A DNA stretch of 44,322 bases, taken from assembly GCA_016936135.1 (NCBI GenBank), contig JAFGPP010000143.1, positions 1 through 44,322 of the forward strand, written 5' to 3'. Shown here piece by piece: positions 38,414 through 44,322 of the stretch; position 1 is the first letter of the stretch, and every line of letters begins with the position of its first letter. The notes beneath the pieces are model-generated. The model worked only from the letters and a program-made list of their open reading frames with translations, was not told where the DNA came from and did no database searches. The translations under genes were made by a program, and so were the position numbers. Source of the DNA: Thermoplasmatota archaeon (GTDB lineage: Archaea; Thermoplasmatota; E2; DHVEG-1).

Positions 38414-38625
38414 ATCAAATAATGGATAATTATATGCTAAATTTACGCTCCAAATAAGATGTATTGAAAGGATCAGAAGTAAGATTATTGTATATTTTCG
38501 ATTTGAAATGATAGAAATTGTTTGCTTTATTAAATAAATCTACCCCTTCAGATCTTTTATCTTATTTTTATAACTTTATAATTTTTGTTTTAAACTTATG
38601 CATTATTCATGACTTATTGTTGATT

Positions 38626-39348
38626 TTAGTAGTTGATTAGCTCGTTCAATATTAACTTGAAAATGGAAAATCCGTCATGCAAAGTACGAAGTTTAGAGTC
38701 ACCATTAAGTCGCTTTAATTCTATGCTGGGTGCCTCCACAATGGTTAGATCAAGTTTCTTTGCCTTGATAATGATTTCTGTTTCAATTTCAAAGTATTTT
38801 GATTTTAGTAGAGGGGTCAATTTCTTAATTGCTTTGTTGTTCATAGCAATATATCCATAACAAAGGTCGCTAAATTTTTCAGAAAAGAAAAAATTTATCA
38901 ATCCCACAAAAAAACGGTTACCTAGGTAGCGAAAAAAGCTCATGTCTTCTGAATATCCTCCTTTCAAAAACCGTGATCCTTTAACTAAATCTGCTCCATC
39001 ATCTATCCTTTTTAAGAAGATTGGAATCTCTATAGGTCTCATTGAACCGTCAGCATCAAGTATAATAACTGGATCTCCATCCGCTTCTTTAAATGCTTGA
39101 CAAACGGCTGCTCCTTTTCCCTTTTCCGTTTGTTGAATAACGGATGCTCCATATTCCTCAGCGATTGTGACCGTTCCATCTATGGAACCTCCATCAATTA
39201 CAATGACCTTTTCAGTATATTGTTTTAACTCTTTTAAGAGGAAAGGAAGTGTATCACATTCGTTTAAAGTAGGAATAATAATTTGAAGCTTATCAGCTTT
39301 CTTAGAGTTAAAGGTCTCTTTTGGTGAATCTTCTTTTGTCATATTCAT
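38626..39348 (-). CDS. DPM1-like GT2 (dolichol-phosphate sugar synthase)
   Basis: IIPTLNE, IDGGSIDGT, GKGAA, ILDADGS, VKGSRF, DLCYGY, FEIETE and SKL...DG. Confidence 0.9.
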   Translation of the reverse strand: MNMTKEDSPKETFNSKKADKLQIIIPTLNECDTLPFLLKELKQYTEKVIVIDGGSIDGTVTIAEEYGASVIQQTEKGKGAAVCQAFKEADGDPVIILDADGSMRPIEIPIFLKRIDDGADLVKGSRFLKGGYSEDMSFFRYLGNRFFVGLINFFFSEKFSDLCYGYIAMNNKAIKKLTPLLKSKYFEIETEIIIKAKKLDLTIVEAPSIELKRLNGDSKLRTLHDGFSIFKLILNELINY

Positions 39349-39491
39349 TACCGAAGGAGTGTGATGGATTGTAATGCTCTTATATGGAACTCAGTTTAAT
39401 AATCCTATTTGATAATGAGGTATAATAGCAATCGAAACTTCTATCTAAAGAATCTATATGTTGATTTAAATAGTTAAGTTGGATCTGAAAA

Positions 39492-40367
39492 ATGTCAAAA
39501 ATTCTCGATGATTGTGAATGTCCTGTATGTTCAAATCATAATGTTCAATTATGGAATACGATCTCTCATTTAGAGTTTGATTTGCTTCTATGTCCTCAAT
39601 GCTCATTTGTTTTTCAACCCGAACCAACTGAAATGTTCAACTATGATATAGAATATTATGATTTCTGGGATCTTGGGACACACTCTAAAGAAATTCGACA
39701 AATGAAATTGCGGTCAGCTTATGCATATCTGGATATGATTAAAGAACGATCAGGTATAAATCATGGTCGTTTGCTTGATGTAGGTTGTGCCTACGGTTTT
39801 TTGTTGGAAGCAGCACGAAATCGGGGATATCAAGCATATGGTGTTGATGTATCTTCGGCTATTCAATTTGCGAAGAAAAAGGGTTTTGATGTTTATGAAA
39901 CGGATTTTATGAATATGTCCATTAAAGACAACTTTTTTGATGTTATTACTTTAGTTGATATGATTGAGCACATTTCTAGACCTAAAGATTTGTTTCGACG
40001 TATTAATAGATCACTAAAAGTAGGAGGAGCAGTTTTTATAATTACCCCAGATGTATTCTCACTATCTCGAAAGATGCTTAATAACTATTGGTTTCATTTC
40101 AAACATGAGCATGTATCATATTTTTGTCCAAATTCGTTAAGCACTCTATTAAGTGAAACTGGGTTTGAGCTTCGCTACATTGGTCTAGGCTATAAACATT
40201 TAAGTTATCAATATATAGTCAACCACTTTTTGAAATATAATAGAGGTTTAGTGGCAAAAGGTCTCCAATTTATTGGCAAATTACTTCCATCTGAGCTTGC
40301 GTTATTACCCATTCGGTACCCAACGGAAATGTTGTGTATAGCAACCAAGTCTTTTGTGCATGCTTAA
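39492..40367 (+). CDS. Class I SAM-dependent methyltransferase with N-terminal zinc finger
   Basis: CPVC..CPQC, LLDVGCAYG, FDVITL.D.IEH, TPD and EH..YF. Confidence 0.88.
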   Translation: MSKILDDCECPVCSNHNVQLWNTISHLEFDLLLCPQCSFVFQPEPTEMFNYDIEYYDFWDLGTHSKEIRQMKLRSAYAYLDMIKERSGINHGRLLDVGCAYGFLLEAARNRGYQAYGVDVSSAIQFAKKKGFDVYETDFMNMSIKDNFFDVITLVDMIEHISRPKDLFRRINRSLKVGGAVFIITPDVFSLSRKMLNNYWFHFKHEHVSYFCPNSLSTLLSETGFELRYIGLGYKHLSYQYIVNHFLKYNRGLVAKGLQFIGKLLPSELALLPIRYPTEMLCIATKSFVHA

Positions 40368-40387
40368 TCTTATAATGAATCAATTGC

Positions 40388-41632
40388 TTATCTTTTTGTA
40401 ATTTTTCCTGTTTTGTATGTTCGGTTGAATTTTCCTGATTTTGTTACTAGTCCTTTTAGTGCTGAGTATGCTATGAATGGAACTAGTAAGAAATTTAGTA
40501 CCCATGCGTAGGTTATTTTTTTGTAATCTTCTGTTGTTTTTTCCAGATACAATGCGATTATTGAAGAAGAAATTGCAGCGGGAATGCTAGCTAAAATAAG
40601 TATATTTTGTAATTGGGTAAGATAATTTGGGAATGTTGAGGAGGGAAACACTGCAACTATGACTATGGCACTCATTAGAATGGTTACCATAACTGAGTGA
40701 AGAAAACAATATCCTGTGACAAGAAAATCAAATTTTTGTTTTAAACTCAAATATTTGCTTGTTAGTATTTTCCCAAAGTGTTCTCTAAATGTTCTTGTAT
40801 GACCTTCGGCCCATCGGCATTGTTGTTTGATAAATTTTTTGAAGGTGTTAGGGGATTCACCTGAAACCGCTAAACTGGAATCATATTTTATTTTGTACCC
40901 TTTTTCATATAGACGAACCGTTAAATTCCAATCTTCATCTGTGACTTCTTCAAAATTAACTTCTTTGAGAACATCGGTATAAATCATAAAGATGCCTCCG
41001 GTTAAGGGCACAAATAATTTCAATTTCTCTTTTCCAGTTAGTTCAACCATATTGTACATACTGTGCCAAACCCGAACTCCTTTGGTTACCCAATTTTCTT
41101 CTTTGTTTAAATCATGCCTTTGGTAACCTTGAACAGCAACTATATCCTTGTCTCCTTGGAAACTCTCAATAAATTTACTTACAAGATCACTTGGTGGAAC
41201 AAAATCAGCATCAAAAATCAACACATGTGTACTCTGGGGATCTATGTGTTCTAAACCAACATTTAATGCTCCCCCCTTCCAACCTGTTCGTGAATTCCGA
41301 TGAATAACCTTGACTTTTGGGTGACCTTGCCAAGCCTCTAACTTCTCAGTTGTAACGCCATCATTAGAGTCGTCAACTACAACTACCTCGAAAGTTACCG
41401 ATGTGAATGCGGTGCATGCCTTAAGCAACCTATCCACAACATTTGGTTCATTATAGGTAGGAAGCAAAACACTCACAAAGCAAGAATCCGAATTATCGTT
41501 ATGTGCATCTAGGATTTTTACTGGACGCGATTTCATCACAACAAAAGCGAAAATATACCACCGAATCGCATACAAAAAGAGAATTACACATTCCATAAAA
41601 CCAAAAACAAAGACTAGCTCAACAAGATTCAA
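40388..41632 (-). CDS. Processive-type membrane GT2 (cellulose-synthase-like)
   Basis: P.YNE, VVDDS, GWKGGALN, IFDADF, TDED and QQCRW (QxxRW), with flanking TMs. GAGGT RBS before a TTG start. Confidence 0.9.
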   Translation of the reverse strand: MNLVELVFVFGFMECVILFLYAIRWYIFAFVVMKSRPVKILDAHNDNSDSCFVSVLLPTYNEPNVVDRLLKACTAFTSVTFEVVVVDDSNDGVTTEKLEAWQGHPKVKVIHRNSRTGWKGGALNVGLEHIDPQSTHVLIFDADFVPPSDLVSKFIESFQGDKDIVAVQGYQRHDLNKEENWVTKGVRVWHSMYNMVELTGKEKLKLFVPLTGGIFMIYTDVLKEVNFEEVTDEDWNLTVRLYEKGYKIKYDSSLAVSGESPNTFKKFIKQQCRWAEGHTRTFREHFGKILTSKYLSLKQKFDFLVTGYCFLHSVMVTILMSAIVIVAVFPSSTFPNYLTQLQNILILASIPAAISSSIIALYLEKTTEDYKKITYAWVLNFLLVPFIAYSALKGLVTKSGKFNRTYKTGKITKR

Positions 41633-41973
41633 AAGTTAACTACCTCTTTATTGCCGCCCGACTCTCGGCCGATTTATATGTAACAGTTTTACAGCCTCGA
41701 GAGGTTTTTGGGAAACAACTGAGGTGTATTCACTAAATCATTGTCCCCTTTTCATAATCGATTAAATCTGATTGGTCTGTTACGTCTGCATTATTTCCCT
41801 TATTTTTTACTAAATAATATGGTGTACACGTTTTCTCATTTTCATTAAAAACTGGTATGCTGTATGTCCATAACAATAAACGCTCCTCCTTAAACATTCA
41901 TCAAACTATTTTTGTCATTCAAAAATTATTTAAGTGTTCAGTAAGAATTCAATTTTGTTTTTGAGGGTAATTT

Positions 41974-42051
41974 ATGCTAACTCTAGATTTGGGTTGCGGT
42001 GATAGACCCAATGGTGATGTGAATTTAGATAGATATTATTTTGGGATATGA
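41974..42051 (+). pseudogene. 5' remnant of a class I SAM methyltransferase
   Basis: GAGGGT RBS then MLTLDLGCGDRPNGDVNLDRYYFGI*. SAM motif I is intact, followed by a stop. Confidence 0.65.
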
Positions 42052-42353
42052 AACAAATATTAGGTGAAGTTAAACAAAATAAACACGTTATAGAAAGCTC
42101 TAAATCACTTGTATTTTCATTAGTTCAAATGTTTGAAGTGACCCAATGAAATTGGTTTGATTGTAATGTTTTCCCTCTTTTCATCTTTAAAAAATCCTTT
42201 TAGAATCTAATGAATTTTATTAATGGAAATAGTTTATACGAAATCAATGAATAATAGAACAACAAAATATAATTGAGCTCAGATGCTAACCCAATGATTC
42301 ATACAAACACGGAAAAATATGTGCTGAATGAAAATAATACGGGGAAATAATAC

Positions 42354-43484
42354 ATGTCTTTTTTAACGACCAAAAAGAGGAGAAATTTTTTTAAAACAAA
42401 AATTAATTTAACAACTATCATTACATTAGTTTTTCTTTGTTTTGGTGTTGTCTTTTTATTAAGTTCTGTTCTTTTTTCTGTTACCTCACTTGCCTTTATT
42501 GGAATAACCTTGTTATTTTGGGCTATAATTTTCCTTTACATCCAACCTGAAAAACATATTAAAAAATCTCTAATGGATGCCGTATTGGCACCACAATCTC
42601 TTACGATAAATCAACTAATTCGGGAATTAGGTTACAAAGGTAAACCAATTTATTTGCCATCTGGATATTTCAAAACTATTAATACAAATAAATTATTCTT
42701 AAGTAAAGACGATAAGACGAATCTTCCTCCCCCTGGGAATTCGTTGAATTTAGAAAACGAAATATTGTTAACCAACTCAAAAAGCCTTCTCTTGAATCCT
42801 TCTGGTTTACAATTAAGTCATATTTTCCAACGACGTTTTGATAAAACCTTCTCAAAATCGGATTTAACCTATATTCAGCAAAAACTGCAAGAAATTATTA
42901 CACAAGATCTCGAGCTAGCAAGAAAATTCGAATTAGCAATAACAAAAAACCAAGTTTCCCTAAAAATTAATCAATCAATTTTTACGGGTTTGCAAAACTA
43001 TGAAAAGTCAATTATGCCTAACATAATGGGATGCCCTATTTGTAGTGCCGTTGCGTGCATCTTGACTAACTTCACTGGAAAACCTTTAGTCGTTGAAGCT
43101 ATAGAAAACTTGGAAAATGGAAAAGTATTACAGGTCACCCTTCGATTCTTGGATAACGTGAAAATTGACCCCATTCCAATATCTGAACCTCAATTAATGG
43201 TATCCCAAAAATCGTCACGTTCTTTACGACTGTTACCAAAGATGGTTGCATTAATACAAACGACAATTGGTTCGCTATTATTGGTTCTGGTCGCTTTCAT
43301 AACCTTGAACGATTTTGTAAATTGGGGCAAAGATATTCCAACAATATTTTTTGGTTCTAGGTCTGGTGAACTTTTGAGTCTAGGAATAGACATGACGTTG
43401 ATTTATTATCTTCTGATAGGATTGATTTTAGTTATTTTCGGATTCTTTACCTACTTCTTAAAAGAAAGGATTTTTGATTACTAA
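42354..43484 (+). CDS. Hypothetical membrane protein with a central soluble domain carrying a Cys motif (possibly V4R-like)
   Basis: Two N-terminal and two C-terminal TMs, G.PIYLP and GCPICSAVAC.L...TGKP. GGGGA RBS. Confidence 0.75.
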   Translation: MSFLTTKKRRNFFKTKINLTTIITLVFLCFGVVFLLSSVLFSVTSLAFIGITLLFWAIIFLYIQPEKHIKKSLMDAVLAPQSLTINQLIRELGYKGKPIYLPSGYFKTINTNKLFLSKDDKTNLPPPGNSLNLENEILLTNSKSLLLNPSGLQLSHIFQRRFDKTFSKSDLTYIQQKLQEIITQDLELARKFELAITKNQVSLKINQSIFTGLQNYEKSIMPNIMGCPICSAVACILTNFTGKPLVVEAIENLENGKVLQVTLRFLDNVKIDPIPISEPQLMVSQKSSRSLRLLPKMVALIQTTIGSLLLVLVAFITLNDFVNWGKDIPTIFFGSRSGELLSLGIDMTLIYYLLIGLILVIFGFFTYFLKERIFDY

Positions 43485-43632
43485 TTTACTTTCAGGATGA
43501 TGATATGTTGAGCTAACTAACTCAACTAATTCCTCAAAGGTATTTGGCTCATTTTTGTTCATAACATCAAGTATGTGATTTTTAATTGTTTCAGCATATT
43601 TTTTTTAATTTTTATTCTTTATTGACTATTTT

Positions 43633-44100
43633 TTATAAATTTCCAATTATTGTAATGTCAAAGTTGAATGTTGTTATTCCAGTAATTTCTGATGCTACGT
43701 TTAGCGTAAATGTAATTTCGACAATCTCATTTGGATTAACAGCTTGTCCGTCGTAATCCCAATTGAGAGTTATGTAATCTGCGGCGTTTGAAGGTTCCCA
43801 ATCAGATGTTTGCATAGCAAATACTGTTTCTGAGTTTCCCTCATTTTTGATGTAACATATTACGCTTTGATTGCCTCCGGGTTCTAGCGTTCCCCATGTT
43901 ATGGATAATTTTTCTGTAGAGCACTGTTGATTAGAGTATATTCCGATTCCTTGTGTTGTTTGGATTTGTATTGTGCCTGAATTGGATAAGGTTGTGCTTG
44001 TTTGCTCTGCAGAAAATGCTTGACTTACTATTGATAAGGACATTGTGTATGTGATTAGTATGAGCATTGCGCCCGTAATCATATATTCTTTGCTTTTCAT
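43633..44100 (-). CDS. Small secreted beta-sandwich protein, TasA/CalY/archaeal bundling pilin-like (tentative)
   Basis: Hydrophobic N-terminus, TLSNSGTI, ITWGTLEPGG, YIKNEGN and a C-terminal FNFDITI strand. Confidence 0.7.
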   Translation of the reverse strand: MKSKEYMITGAMLILITYTMSLSIVSQAFSAEQTSTTLSNSGTIQIQTTQGIGIYSNQQCSTEKLSITWGTLEPGGNQSVICYIKNEGNSETVFAMQTSDWEPSNAADYITLNWDYDGQAVNPNEIVEITFTLNVASEITGITTFNFDITIIGNL

Positions 44101-44322
44101 GTCACATCAAAGTATATTGTGTATTAAGAATTAATAAACATTTTCGTTTAAATGGACTACACAAATACATTTAATAAAAAAAACCTCCAAAAAGTATTGT
44201 ATAATACGAAAAATAATTCCAAATGACTAATATAGATTTAATTACTTTTTACTGTTTCACTGTATGTATAACAATCCATTATTTTGTAGCAACCTAAACA
44301 CCGATCGGAGATTTCTCCTTCA

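Noticed and set aside
41640-41760. GC-richer patch with a small hairpin (CCGA-CTC-TCGG) and a short minus-strand frame upstream of the processive GT2
   Set aside because: No tRNA cloverleaf, C/D boxes or convincing start codon, so an ncRNA or leader peptide cannot be supported.
2867-43393. Many 60-121 aa ORFs overlapping or antisense to long CDSs (e.g. 4107-4460, 14213-14542, 20519-20842, 24228-24593, 28431-28703, 32284-32469, 33157-33450)
   Set aside because: They are nested in or overlap well-supported genes, have no recognisable motifs, and are expected by chance.
1-44322. Transposases, integrases, tRNA/rRNA genes, defence systems
   Set aside because: No ORF or sequence motif supporting these was recognised.

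Overview
AT-rich archaeal window, most likely Bathyarchaeia. This is inferred from the gene families (DUF1616, DUF2206, ArnR1-like wHTH, DUF2341-type secreted protein) and GGTGA/GGAG-type ribosome-binding sites. It starts in the 3' end of a dihydroorotase (pyrC) gene and then runs through a ~43 kb surface-glycan/exopolysaccharide locus. The locus has about 10 GT2/GT4 glycosyltransferases, a GT-C transferase paired with a DPM1-like GT2, a Wzx flippase, a DUF2206 membrane protein, a GDP-mannose 3,5-epimerase-like SDR, and a CDP-glucose branch (RfbF, an SDR and three zinc-binding sugar C-methyltransferases). Tailoring genes include a DegT-like aminotransferase, a PIG-L deacetylase, three GNAT genes (one frameshifted) and a coupled BKACE + AAC(3)-like pair. 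Three secreted proteins stand out: a GH5 hydrolase, a DUF2341 protein fused to an Acidobacteria-type TIGR03437 C-terminal domain, and a small TasA/archaeal-bundling-pilin-like protein. The GH5 and the TasA-like protein share a post-signal-peptide 'TLSxSGxI' strand, which suggests a possible fibre + polysaccharide (biofilm matrix) system. Several intergenic gaps hold gene remnants. No rRNA, tRNA, CRISPR array or IS element was recognised. All family calls come from reading motifs, not from database searches.
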